Origin: Limisphaerales bacterium
Lineage (GTDB): Bacteria > Verrucomicrobiota > Verrucomicrobiia > Limisphaerales > SIBE01
NCBI GenBank assembly: GCA_044225505.1
Contig: JBGAIN010000025.1
Span: 1-64,000, forward strand
Direction: 5' to 3'
DNA: 64,000 nt
Shown: positions 20,593 to 30,078 of the stretch, one piece after another
How the letters are laid out: the number at the start of each line of letters is the position of its first letter
Numbering within the stretch: the stretch's first letter is position 1
Translations under genes and position numbers: made by a program
Notes under the pieces: model-generated
What the model saw: only the letters and a program-made list of their open reading frames with translations
The model's database searches: none
Told to the model about the DNA's origin: nothing

Positions 20593-21687
20593 TTACCGGT
20601 TCGTCTGCTCCACAATTGTCCGCACGATGAGATCCTGCTCGCTTTCGGGCAGAAACGGATGCATGGGTAAGCTCAAGACTCTGCGCGACGCTTTTTCCGA
20701 GAGTGGAAACTGACCCCACTCATATCCGAGGTCCCGGAATACCGGCTGTTCGTGCAGGCACTTAGGATAATAAACCGCGGTTGGAATACCGACATCTTTC
20801 AAAGTGCTTGCCAGCAGGTCTCGATTGGGCAATTCAATTGTATATTGAGCGTACACATGAGTGTTTCCATTGGCCACGGCTGGAACGTGGCAGACCTTTT
20901 GGAGGGCCTCAGAATAACGTTGGCCAATCTTCGCCCGCAATTGAATCTCCTCTTCAAAGTACGGCAGCTTCGCGAGGATTACAGCGGCCTGTAGAGTGTC
21001 AAACCGACCGTTCATCCCGAGGATCGGGTGATGATGCCTTTTTATACCGCCGTGGGTACGGATGGCTCTCATCTTTTCGGCTAAGTCGTCATCATCAGTG
21101 AACAAGGCGCCTCCGTCGCCAAAACAGCCAAGCGGCTTCGCCGGAAAGAAACTTGTACTACCAATTCTCGTTACTCCGCAACTTTTCTGTCCATTCTGGG
21201 TTGCTCCAAAACTCTGAGCCCCATCTTCAATAACGGGCAGACCATGGTTGGCTGCAATCTCATTAATGCGTGTGAAATCCGGCATCTGGCCGAATAAGCT
21301 GACTGGCAGAATGGCCTTTGTAGCCGGTGAAATCGCTTTTTCCAGCTGATCAATGTCCAAACAGTACGTTTGGGGTTCGATATCGATAAAGACCGGTTTT
21401 GCTCCAACTAAGCTAATAACCTCAGCTGAACTAATCCATGTAAATGGGACCGTTATAACTTCGTGGCCGGGGCCAATACCGAGCGCTCGGAGTGCGATTT
21501 CTAGACTGTCCGTTCCACTCGCGACGGTCAGGCAGTGCCTCACGCCGACGTAATCAGCCAGCTTTTCCTCCAGCTCTGTTATCTCAGGTCCCATGATGAA
21601 ATGTCCGTGATTGAGAACACGGCGTAGGCGATCGTCGATTTCAGACTGATACTTCCGATATTGAGTTTTTAGGTCGATGAATTCCAT
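20593..21687 (-). CDS. DegT/DnrJ/EryC1/StrS aminotransferase (WbpE/WlbC-like)
   Basis: IEDGAQSFGA, SFFPAKPLGCFGDGG, NGRFDTLQAA. Confidence 0.93.
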   Translation of the reverse strand: MEFIDLKTQYRKYQSEIDDRLRRVLNHGHFIMGPEITELEEKLADYVGVRHCLTVASGTDSLEIALRALGIGPGHEVITVPFTWISSAEVISLVGAKPVFIDIEPQTYCLDIDQLEKAISPATKAILPVSLFGQMPDFTRINEIAANHGLPVIEDGAQSFGATQNGQKSCGVTRIGSTSFFPAKPLGCFGDGGALFTDDDDLAEKMRAIRTHGGIKRHHHPILGMNGRFDTLQAAVILAKLPYFEEEIQLRAKIGQRYSEALQKVCHVPAVANGNTHVYAQYTIELPNRDLLASTLKDVGIPTAVYYPKCLHEQPVFRDLGYEWGQFPLSEKASRRVLSLPMHPFLPESEQDLIVRTIVEQTNR

Positions 21688-21883
21688 TGCAATCGAATGA
21701 GTATGAACAGAGTGGAGGGTTCAGCCACGGAACGGGGAGTTTGCACTGATCTGCCGAAGATAATCAGAGAGGCGACTTAGGAAGATCCCGCTTGGAGCAA
21801 ATCTCGCGTGCAATTAACGGACTACAGTGCCCATCGGGATTGGACAGACTGAGATACGCTGAGCGCCTTGCTTCGTAGCGCTC

Positions 21884-21916
21884 CAAAATAAGAGCCAGCC
21901 GGAAATCCGGCTGGCT
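21884..21916 (-). terminator. Intrinsic terminator downstream of the nucleotide-sugar dehydrogenase
   Basis: Perfect 10-bp stem AGCCAGCCGG-4nt-CCGGCTGGCT, followed on the minus strand by CTTATTTT. Confidence 0.7.
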
Positions 21917-21971
21917 TTCAATTCTTGAATAAGACTCGGCGCAGGCAGGCTGTGAGCTTAACGACGTTCAA

Positions 21972-23258
21972 TTAGGCTTTCCAGATCCGACCTGGAGCGG
22001 CCTTCAGGTCGGACAACGCATTCCGAGTATCGATGATGCAGTTGCTCCAGTCGACCAGCTCCTTATAGTTCACCGCATCGTGGGCGGTCGCGATTACTAC
22101 TGCGTCAAAACCTGCGATAGTTTCTTTCGTCCAGGTGACGGATTTGAAGCCTGTCCATGCGGCATGCTCTCGCATCGGCCCAATCACAGGGATATGCGGA
22201 TCGAAATACGCGACCTCGGCTCCACGCTGTTTCAACAGGTCCATAAGAACAAAAGTGGGTGATTCACGAGGATCGTCGACGTTCGGCTTATAGGCCAACC
22301 CGATCAAAAGCACTCTGCTGCCATTGACAGAACGGCGTTTGGCATTGAGCGCATCGCCAACTCGGTTGACGACGTAATTCGGCATTGCCGTATTGATTTC
22401 ACCGGCCAGCTCGATAAAGCGCGTGTGTTGACCATATTCGCGGGCCTTCCACGTCAGGTAGAACGGGTCGATCGGGATGCAATGCCCTCCTAAGCCTGGT
22501 CCGGGATAAAATGCCATGAAGCCAAAAGGCTTGGTCTTTGCCGCATTGATAACTTCCCAAATGTCAATTCCCATCGCGTCGTAGACAACCTTGAGTTCAT
22601 TGACGAGCGCGATGTTTACTCCTCGAAAGATATTCTCGAGCAGTTTTGTCGCCTCGGCCACGCGGCATGACGAGACGGGCACCACCCGCTGTACCGCTTT
22701 GCTATAGAGCTGCTTCGCTTTCTCCAAGCATGCCGGCGTTAATCCGCCGACAACCTTCGGTATTTTTGCGACTTTGCTGTCGGGATTACCTGGATCTTCC
22801 CGTTCGGGGGAGAAGGCAAGGTGAAAATCCTTGCCTGCCTTCAGACCGGAGCCCTTCTCCAAGACAAGAAGCAGATCCTCGTCCGTTGTCCCTGGGTAGG
22901 TGGTTGACTCGAGTACGACCAAGATACCCTTCGTTAAATGCGGCGCAATCGACTCACCCGTATTTATGATATAGGAGATATCCGGTTCGCGGTTTTTGTT
23001 TAGCGGCGTCGGAACACAGATAATTACGGCTTCCACATCCTTGACGCGGCCGAAATCTGTGGAAGCGGAAAAGCGGCCCGCGTCCAGTTCGGCTCGAATT
23101 GCTGAAGGTTCAATATGCTTGATGTAGCTGCGGCCTTGCGAGATGGCATTGATCTTGTTAGGATCAATATCCAGCCCGAGTACCGACACGCCAGAACGAG
23201 CAAACTGCAAAGACAATGGAAGCCCTACGTATCCTAAGCCGACGATAGCGATTTTCAT
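21972..23258 (-). CDS. UDP-GlcNAc 6-dehydrogenase (WbpA-like nucleotide sugar dehydrogenase)
   Basis: GLGYVGLPL, CVPTP, ESTTYPGTT, SPEREDPGN, GGHCIPIDP, DDPRESP. Confidence 0.93.
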   Translation of the reverse strand: MKIAIVGLGYVGLPLSLQFARSGVSVLGLDIDPNKINAISQGRSYIKHIEPSAIRAELDAGRFSASTDFGRVKDVEAVIICVPTPLNKNREPDISYIINTGESIAPHLTKGILVVLESTTYPGTTDEDLLLVLEKGSGLKAGKDFHLAFSPEREDPGNPDSKVAKIPKVVGGLTPACLEKAKQLYSKAVQRVVPVSSCRVAEATKLLENIFRGVNIALVNELKVVYDAMGIDIWEVINAAKTKPFGFMAFYPGPGLGGHCIPIDPFYLTWKAREYGQHTRFIELAGEINTAMPNYVVNRVGDALNAKRRSVNGSRVLLIGLAYKPNVDDPRESPTFVLMDLLKQRGAEVAYFDPHIPVIGPMREHAAWTGFKSVTWTKETIAGFDAVVIATAHDAVNYKELVDWSNCIIDTRNALSDLKAAPGRIWKA

Positions 23259-23567
23259 TCGATTCGAGTCCTCAAGCGCAATTTGAACTAAAAAGCTGTT
23301 GTATCATTCTGTCCCCAAATCCTACAAGCCATCGCTAAGCAAATGGAATGCCGAGTTCTGCAACCCTGGATTCGCCTCCCATCGATAACCAACCCTAAAG
23401 CGAATAGGCCGTTTCATTGGCTTACATCCCGCCATATGCGGATACCATGTCCAATTCTAAGCCGCTGTTGACTAGACTCTGTACGCGTATGCCTTTCATT
23501 CGGTTGGACATTGTCTTGATCTCTTGCGCGACCGCCGGCTCAGCCAAGTGTAATCTGATTCTCAGAT

Positions 23568-24599
23568 TTATGGCGCAAGATTCTGACGATACCATTCCAA
23601 TGCTTCATCCAATCCCTGCTCAACTGTATGAGTCGGATCAAATCGAAGCAACCGTCGCGCTTTCGAGGTGTCTGCCTGCGAGTGGCGAACGTCCCCGGCT
23701 CTGAAAGCTTGATAAACCGGCTTGTATTCCTTTAGGTGTGGATAGCTAGGGCAAAGCCTATCCCGCAACATCTGGAAAAGGCCGTTCAAGGTGGTTCGTG
23801 CTCCAAGCGCGACGTTATAAACCTGTCGAGATGCATCGGTTTGGGTCGACGTTGCGGCGAGTAGATTCGCCTGCACGACGTTCGCAATGTAGCAGAAATC
23901 CCGGCTTGTCTCACCGTCTCCGTTGATCTGAGTTGGTTGGCCTCGGATCATTGCGGCGATCCACTTCGGGATAACTGCCGCATAGGCCCCTTCAGGATCT
24001 TGTCGTGGGCCGAACACGTTGAAGTATCGGAGTCCGATGCTCTCCAGACCATAGCACCGGGCAAAGATGTCAGCATAAAGCTCATTCACATACTTGGTGA
24101 GCCCATAAGGCGAAAGCGGTTTCCCAATGATATCCTCAACCTTGGGTAATCCCGGATGGTCTCCATAGGTGGCACTGCTCGCCGCATACACGAATTTCGA
24201 GACCTTTTGATCCCGTGCAGCGACCAGCATATTGAGAAAGCCAACGATGTTGCTTTCGTTCGTTGCGACTGGATCCTCGATCGAGCGCGGCACGGAGCCG
24301 AGCGCCGCCTGGTGCAAAACATAGTCAACTCGCCGACACGCACTCTGGCATGCATCGAGTTCCCGAATGTCGGCCTCCGCGAAAGTGAATCGAGCCCATT
24401 GTTCCGCCTTAACCCGTTCTTGGACTTCGACCAGATTGCGGCGGTGGCCAGTCGCGAAATTATCCAATCCCACGACCCGCTGCTCTAACTTAAGCAAGCG
24501 CTCCAGTAGGTTGGAGCCAATGAACCCGGCCACGCCAGTCACGAGCCAAGTGCGCGGGCTTTCGTGGAGTCCACGTTGTAAGGTTTCAAAATAGCTCAC
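23568..24599 (-). CDS. UDP-GlcNAc(A) C4-epimerase (WbpP/TviC-like)
   Basis: [55 protein letters not shown]. Confidence 0.92.
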   Translation of the reverse strand: MSYFETLQRGLHESPRTWLVTGVAGFIGSNLLERLLKLEQRVVGLDNFATGHRRNLVEVQERVKAEQWARFTFAEADIRELDACQSACRRVDYVLHQAALGSVPRSIEDPVATNESNIVGFLNMLVAARDQKVSKFVYAASSATYGDHPGLPKVEDIIGKPLSPYGLTKYVNELYADIFARCYGLESIGLRYFNVFGPRQDPEGAYAAVIPKWIAAMIRGQPTQINGDGETSRDFCYIANVVQANLLAATSTQTDASRQVYNVALGARTTLNGLFQMLRDRLCPSYPHLKEYKPVYQAFRAGDVRHSQADTSKARRLLRFDPTHTVEQGLDEALEWYRQNLAP

Positions 24600-24611
24600 A
24601 AGTCAAATTTC

Positions 24612-24980
24612 CTATTGTGTGCTTGAGGCTAGCGTCGGGGGCACAGCGGCAAAATGGAGCTTCTTTCGCAGCAGAGCAGACAGGATCATCGGCAACAGGA
24701 TGAGCCCGCACGCTAGCACCAACCGCAGGTCCAGACCTAGAACATATCCGGCGCTCAACAGCGCGACGAGCATGGCGGGTAATTGGTAAGCGAGATTCCT
24801 TCCTCCAATCGCCCCACGCGCGAGGTCGATCCAGTTTTGCCAGACACGGATGGCATCGGCAAAGCTAACAATATTTCGCCGTTGAAAGCTGCGAAGTGAC
24901 TTTTGAAAAGTCCCAGAAAAAGGCATCGGCGGAAATGTGACGGCAAGGGCTAGGAGCAGGTAAAGCCACTGAATTTTCAT
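24612..24980 (-). CDS. Small hypothetical membrane protein
   Basis: 122 aa with about 3 hydrophobic segments, tightly spaced within the operon. Confidence 0.6.
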   Translation of the reverse strand: MKIQWLYLLLALAVTFPPMPFSGTFQKSLRSFQRRNIVSFADAIRVWQNWIDLARGAIGGRNLAYQLPAMLVALLSAGYVLGLDLRLVLACGLILLPMILSALLRKKLHFAAVPPTLASSTQ

Positions 24981-25005
24981 CGTGTGGCGGCAAGCCTGGA
25001 TAAAG

Positions 25006-25518
25006 TTAGAGCAGCTTTTCCGCCAAAGGCACGAGAGTTTGAAGCCTTTTTTGCAGATGTGCGAATTTTTTCAGGCGGTCAGAGCAAAATTTGTAATCTT
25101 CGCGTGAGAGCGTGCCGTGAGAGAGATCGTTTTCCAACGATTCGTTCAAGCGCTCGAGTCGCTTCTGACCCGAAGTCAAACGGGGCTTGAGGAAGTCCTT
25201 GACTCCGGAACGCAGCAGATTTCCCAATTCCGGCTCGGCTTCGAAGTGGTCGCGGCGGTCGCCGGGAACCCAGACTTGACGGATGCCGCCCCATCCTGCC
25301 AGTTGGCGTGTGCCTATGCTCGCGCTGGCTTTGCTGATGCCCAGGAGTTCCGCGATGCTGTCCAGCGACAACGGGTCTGGCGCAAGATAGAGTAGGCCAT
25401 AAATTTGACCAAGCGATCGGGGAAGCCCAAAGACCTGACACACCCGGCCACACGCCTCGATGGTTTCCAGGCGCGTTTTGGACAATACGTGGACGGGTTT
25501 ACCATTGCTGGCGATCAT
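25006..25518 (-). CDS. GbsR/MarR family transcriptional regulator
   Basis: GLPRSLGQIYGLLYL, SLDSIAELLGISKASAS, GDRRDHF. Confidence 0.9.
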   Translation of the reverse strand: MIASNGKPVHVLSKTRLETIEACGRVCQVFGLPRSLGQIYGLLYLAPDPLSLDSIAELLGISKASASIGTRQLAGWGGIRQVWVPGDRRDHFEAEPELGNLLRSGVKDFLKPRLTSGQKRLERLNESLENDLSHGTLSREDYKFCSDRLKKFAHLQKRLQTLVPLAEKLL

Positions 25519-25622
25519 GGTGTTTTCTCGAGACGTCCAGGTTTTACATTGAGCACCAGGCACACTTCGTGCCGGTCAATTCGCCCTTACGCGCGGCGTT
25601 TTGACACAAAAGCTATATAAAA

Positions 25623-25642
25623 CGTTCAAGCCTGACTGAACG
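25623..25642. promoter_or_regulatory. Inverted repeat CGTTCA-N8-TGAACG, candidate operator
   Basis: Perfect 6-bp inverted repeat in the divergent intergenic region upstream of the GbsR-family gene. Confidence 0.45.
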
Positions 25643-25814
25643 AAGTAAACAAAAGCTCAGAAATTGCAAGCGGTTTTACCCGAAGCTCGATTCGAAATAG
25701 GGTAAAATGTGCTGCATTGGAGCCGGTGCATTCACATTGACGAAGATTGACGGGCACCCTCATTTTGTGCCACGTTCCCGTCCGGGAATCGACAACCAAC
25801 CCAAGAGGCGTATC

Positions 25815-26657
25815 GTGAAGATTCGAAAGGCCGTGATAACGGCGGCGGGAAGAAATCAGCACACTTTGCCACTGCAAACTTTGGTCGACCGCGACGGGGC
25901 CCAGAAGTTCGCCCTCCAGATTATTATCGAAGAAGCGTTGAGCAGCGGCGTGGAAGAGATCTGCGTGGTGATTTGCCCAGGAGACCGGGATTCATACGCC
26001 GCCGCCGCGGGTGCTTGGGCTAAGCAGCTGCAGTTCGTCGAGCAAGTAGCGCCGCTCGGGTATGCTCAGGCACTTTTCTGTGCCAAAGGCTTTGTTAAGG
26101 ATGAACCATTCCTGCATCTGGTCAGCGACCACCTTTACCTGAGCCGAGAGCAGCGCCGTTGTGCGCAACAGCTCGTTGACGTGGCGGCCGCTGAGAACGC
26201 GTCTGTTTCGGCCGTCCAAGCCACTCGGGAGAGTCTGCTTCCCTATTACGGCGCGGTTGGAGGCAAAGGTGTTCCCAATCGGTCGCATCTCTATCTTGTC
26301 GACAAAGTCCTTGAGAAACCGACGCCGACAGAAGCGGAACAGCAATTGATTGTACCCGGGCTGCGGGCAGGGCATTACCTATGTTTCTTCGGAATGCACG
26401 TGCTGACGCCGACGGTCATGGAGGTGTTAGCCGAGAATGTTGATCAGGCAGGTCCCGGTCTGGGCAGCCAGCTGTCCGCTGCCTTGGTGAAATTGGCCGA
26501 GCGCGAGCGATACCTGGCCTGCGAGATAATGGGCCGTCGATTCAACATCGGGGTTAAGTTTGGCTTGCTGAATGCCCAGTTGGCGCTGGCTCTCGACGGC
26601 CATGATCGCGAAGAAGTTCTTGCTCAGTTGGTAGATCTTCTCGCGCAACGCCACTAA
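25815..26657 (+). CDS. GalU-like sugar-phosphate nucleotidyltransferase with a degenerate signature
   Basis: [24 protein letters not shown]. The GTG start has an AAGAGG ribosome-binding site. Confidence 0.8.
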   Translation: MKIRKAVITAAGRNQHTLPLQTLVDRDGAQKFALQIIIEEALSSGVEEICVVICPGDRDSYAAAAGAWAKQLQFVEQVAPLGYAQALFCAKGFVKDEPFLHLVSDHLYLSREQRRCAQQLVDVAAAENASVSAVQATRESLLPYYGAVGGKGVPNRSHLYLVDKVLEKPTPTEAEQQLIVPGLRAGHYLCFFGMHVLTPTVMEVLAENVDQAGPGLGSQLSAALVKLAERERYLACEIMGRRFNIGVKFGLLNAQLALALDGHDREEVLAQLVDLLAQRH

Positions 26658-26702
26658 CCGTTCGCGACTTGAACCCGACAAACGTTACTTGGACGAAGGC
26701 GC

Positions 26703-29700
26703 ATGTCTAGTAAGCTCATTGCCGTTATCACGTCGGCCGATCCCGCCGTTCGCAACCGGTCGCTTGAAGCGGTCGGGGAAAGCTGTTCGCTGGACGAGTT
26801 GTTGTCCGAGTGCCAGCAACTCGAGAGCTTTCGACGAGACAGCCGCAATCTCTATGAACGGGTGCGCGCTCTCTTTTTCCTTTACGCGATTCATCGTTTC
26901 CATTTGCCGCTCAAACCGGGCTTTGCCGGGAAGGGTTTTGTTCCGTTTGAGGGTTATGAGCACTTGTTAAAACGCCGATTTGAAGAAGCCATCGCGGTTT
27001 TTCTCAATGCCCAGCGGCATGTCGGCGCGAACGACGCTATCTCCAGCGCTCTGGCGAGCGCCTACCATGACCTGGCCTTTCAGACGTTGGCGGATCAAGT
27101 CCGCCACAGCGTTCGATCGGTAAAGGGGAACCAGTGGATGTTTCGAATTGGTCATCCAGCGGACCAACCTTTAAGAATTCGTCCCGAATTGCTGCAGCGC
27201 TCCGCTGTGGACGGTTCATTCCCCGTTTTGCGGGAGCGCACTCCCGTACGCATGGATCTTTCCCATAGCGCTTGGAGTGACATTTTCTTTCTGGGCATGG
27301 ACTTTCCAGAAGGTGCGCGCGTGTTAAATGTTTCGATTGATCTTTGTGTGAAAGGGCGAGATCGCGGGCCGCAGCCACCTGTGGAAGCGTATTTGCGAGT
27401 GATTGATGAGCCTGTATTGCGCCTGACGAGTGTCGATTTAGGTGCGACGGTCGATCTCACGGATCTCGCTGAGGTGTTTAATTTTGCCAAGGACTACCTC
27501 GGCCTCTTAAAAGCGGCTGTTATCGCTTCTGGAATTGTTCCTCCTGGGATCGAAGGATCCAGCCAAAGCCTGGTGGAGCTCTTGGCACGCATCGTGGCGC
27601 CTGGCCATGGGCTGGAGATCGTGAGCAAGGTTAACGACATTCCGAAAGGCTCGCGGCTGGCCGTCTCCACAAACTTGCTGGCGTGCCTCATTTCGGCGGG
27701 CATGCGTGCGACTCATCAGGCCAAAGCTTTGACTGGCCCGCTCCCGGAGGCGGACCGGCGGATCGTGGCGGCCAGGGCGATTCTTGGCGAGTGGCTGGGC
27801 GGCTCCGGCGGCGGTTGGCAGGACTCGGGCGGCCTTTGGCCGAGCATGAAACTGATTGAAGGGACATTAGCGTCAGAAGGCGATCCCGAGTTTGGCATCA
27901 GTCGCGGTCGCTTGCTGCCCAAGCATAAGATTTTAGATTTTCAGGATGCGTCTGCGGCGGTTCGGCAGCGATTGCAGGAAAGCCTGGTGTTGGTCCATGG
28001 TGGGATGGCTCAGAACGTCGGTCCGATTCTGGAGATGGTAACGGAGAAATACCTGCTTCGCAGTCCTAAGGAATGGGCTGGCCGGCGTGAAGCGATGCAG
28101 GTACTGGACGAAATCTTAAGTGCATTGAAAGCGGGAGATGTTCCCGCGGTCGGCGCGGCGACCATGCGCAATTTTTTCGGACCGATTCAGACGATTATTC
28201 CCTGGGCCAGTAATCTCTACACGGAATCCTTGATTGGTCAGGCGCAGCGCGAATTTCAGAAAGATTTCTGGGGTTTTTGGATGCTTGGAGGGATGTCGGG
28301 CGGCGGAATGGGTTTCATCTTTGACCCAAAACGCAAAGCGGCTGCGCAAGCGCGGCTACACGAGATTATGTTAGCGACGAAGAAAGATTTCCAGTTCGCG
28401 CTGCCTTTTGCGATGGATCCCGTCGTTTATGATTTCGCGATCAATGAAGTAGGCACATGTGCGGAGTTGCTGCGGGACGATGAGAGTCTACTTCCGTCCA
28501 GCTATTACGGCTTGATTGTGCCCGATCTGCTGCGCGTCGATGCCCGCCAGCTTTCTCCCCTCCGCCGTTCTGAACTGGACAAGTTCGGCAGTGCGTGCCG
28601 TTTGAAACCGGAACTGCGGGGCATGGTCCAGACTCTCTTTGACCGCTTGCTGCCGCCGGCCGAGAAGCGTGCCAGTGGCACTCGCACATTGACTGCATTG
28701 CTGGAAGCCAACGGGTTTGACCGAGCTCAACACGATCAAATCCAGTCGGAGTTGCGCAGCGGCCGGATTGGGTTGGCTCAGAATCGTCTCCCGGCCAACA
28801 CCAATATCCGGGATGTGGAACCTTCCGATGTTGTCGAAGCGGAGAAATTGGCCCCGTCTTGCCGGCAAGAGGGGCTCGAGGCCTTGCGGTCGGGAATGGT
28901 AGCGGTGATCAGCCTGGCGGGGGGGGCGGGAAGTCGGTGGACCCAAGGGGCCGGAACGGTTAAGGCGCTGCATCCGTTCTGCAAGTTGGACGGTGCACAT
29001 CGGACGTTTTTAGAGGTTCACTTGGCGAAAAGTCGACGGATCAGCCGCTTGGCTGGGCCGTGGCTGCCGCATATTTTCAGCACGAGTTACTTAACGCAGG
29101 CGCCCATTGAACGCTTTTTGGCGCTTCATGGAGATTATGGTTATGGGGGACCGCTCCAACTGTCACCGAGCCGGGCGGTGGGTCTTCGCATGGTTCCGAT
29201 GGTTCGAGATCTTCGTTTCGCTTGGGAAGAGATGTCCCATCAAATCCTGGACGAACAGAAACAAAAGGTGCGTGAAAGCTTGCACGCCGCATTAATTGAC
29301 TGGGCCAAACAAACTGGGGAGGGGAGCGATTATACCGATAACGTCCCGCAACAATGTCTGCACCCGGTAGGGCATTGGTTCGAACTGCCCAACCTCCTTC
29401 GGAATGGCGTCTTGGCGAGCCTGCTCGCTGGACAACCGAAGCTGCGCTACCTAATGCTGCACAATATTGACACGGTTGGGGCTGATTTGGATCCGGCCTT
29501 GTTGGGATTGCATATTCAGCTCGGTTCCTGCCTGAGCTTTGAGGTGATCACAAGACGCATTGATGACCGTGGGGGTGGTTTGGCCCGGGTTGACGGCCGA
29601 CCGCGATTGGTCGAAGGGCTTGCTATGCCGCGCGAGCAGGACGAGTTCCTCCTTTCCTACTACAACACGATGACGACTTGGATCGACATCGACCAGCTAC

Positions 29701-30023
29701 TTCGTGTTTTTGCTTTGACCCGCGAAGATCTGTCTGTCCCAGACCGGGTCACGACGGCAATTCGCAATTTGGCAGCACGAATGCCGACTTATATCACTCT
29801 CAAAGACGTGAAGAAACGCTGGGGGCACGGCCAGGAGGATATCTTTCCAGTCGCGCAGTTCGAAAAGCTCTGGGGTGACATGACGGCACTTCCAGAAATC
29901 CCGTCGCGGTTCTTTGTTGTGCCGCGTCGCCGTGGACAGCAATTAAAAGACCCCGCCCAACTGGATGGATGGCTCCGGGACGGCTCGGCCGACTATTTGC
30001 AGTCGATCTGCGAATTTAAGTAA
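26703..30023 (+). CDS. Fusion of a GHMP (fucokinase-like) sugar kinase and a UDPGP-family sugar-1-phosphate uridylyltransferase
   Basis: Kinase motifs PVRMDL, IPKGSRLAVSTNL, GGGWQD, GGMSGGG. C-terminal LAGGAGSRW, PVGH, HNID, QFEK. Confidence 0.85.
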   Translation: MSSKLIAVITSADPAVRNRSLEAVGESCSLDELLSECQQLESFRRDSRNLYERVRALFFLYAIHRFHLPLKPGFAGKGFVPFEGYEHLLKRRFEEAIAVFLNAQRHVGANDAISSALASAYHDLAFQTLADQVRHSVRSVKGNQWMFRIGHPADQPLRIRPELLQRSAVDGSFPVLRERTPVRMDLSHSAWSDIFFLGMDFPEGARVLNVSIDLCVKGRDRGPQPPVEAYLRVIDEPVLRLTSVDLGATVDLTDLAEVFNFAKDYLGLLKAAVIASGIVPPGIEGSSQSLVELLARIVAPGHGLEIVSKVNDIPKGSRLAVSTNLLACLISAGMRATHQAKALTGPLPEADRRIVAARAILGEWLGGSGGGWQDSGGLWPSMKLIEGTLASEGDPEFGISRGRLLPKHKILDFQDASAAVRQRLQESLVLVHGGMAQNVGPILEMVTEKYLLRSPKEWAGRREAMQVLDEILSALKAGDVPAVGAATMRNFFGPIQTIIPWASNLYTESLIGQAQREFQKDFWGFWMLGGMSGGGMGFIFDPKRKAAAQARLHEIMLATKKDFQFALPFAMDPVVYDFAINEVGTCAELLRDDESLLPSSYYGLIVPDLLRVDARQLSPLRRSELDKFGSACRLKPELRGMVQTLFDRLLPPAEKRASGTRTLTALLEANGFDRAQHDQIQSELRSGRIGLAQNRLPANTNIRDVEPSDVVEAEKLAPSCRQEGLEALRSGMVAVISLAGGAGSRWTQGAGTVKALHPFCKLDGAHRTFLEVHLAKSRRISRLAGPWLPHIFSTSYLTQAPIERFLALHGDYGYGGPLQLSPSRAVGLRMVPMVRDLRFAWEEMSHQILDEQKQKVRESLHAALIDWAKQTGEGSDYTDNVPQQCLHPVGHWFELPNLLRNGVLASLLAGQPKLRYLMLHNIDTVGADLDPALLGLHIQLGSCLSFEVITRRIDDRGGGLARVDGRPRLVEGLAMPREQDEFLLSYYNTMTTWIDIDQLLRVFALTREDLSVPDRVTTAIRNLAARMPTYITLKDVKKRWGHGQEDIFPVAQFEKLWGDMTALPEIPSRFFVVPRRRGQQLKDPAQLDGWLRDGSADYLQSICEFK

Positions 30024-30078
30024 GGCGTCGGACCCCAAATTTCATTGTCAATCCGACAGCTTGGCTTACGCTGCGCGC

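Noticed and set aside
23260..23567. ops/JUMPstart element in the wbpP-wbpA spacer
   Set aside because: Only a partial GGCGGTCG match, which is expected by chance in GC-rich DNA.
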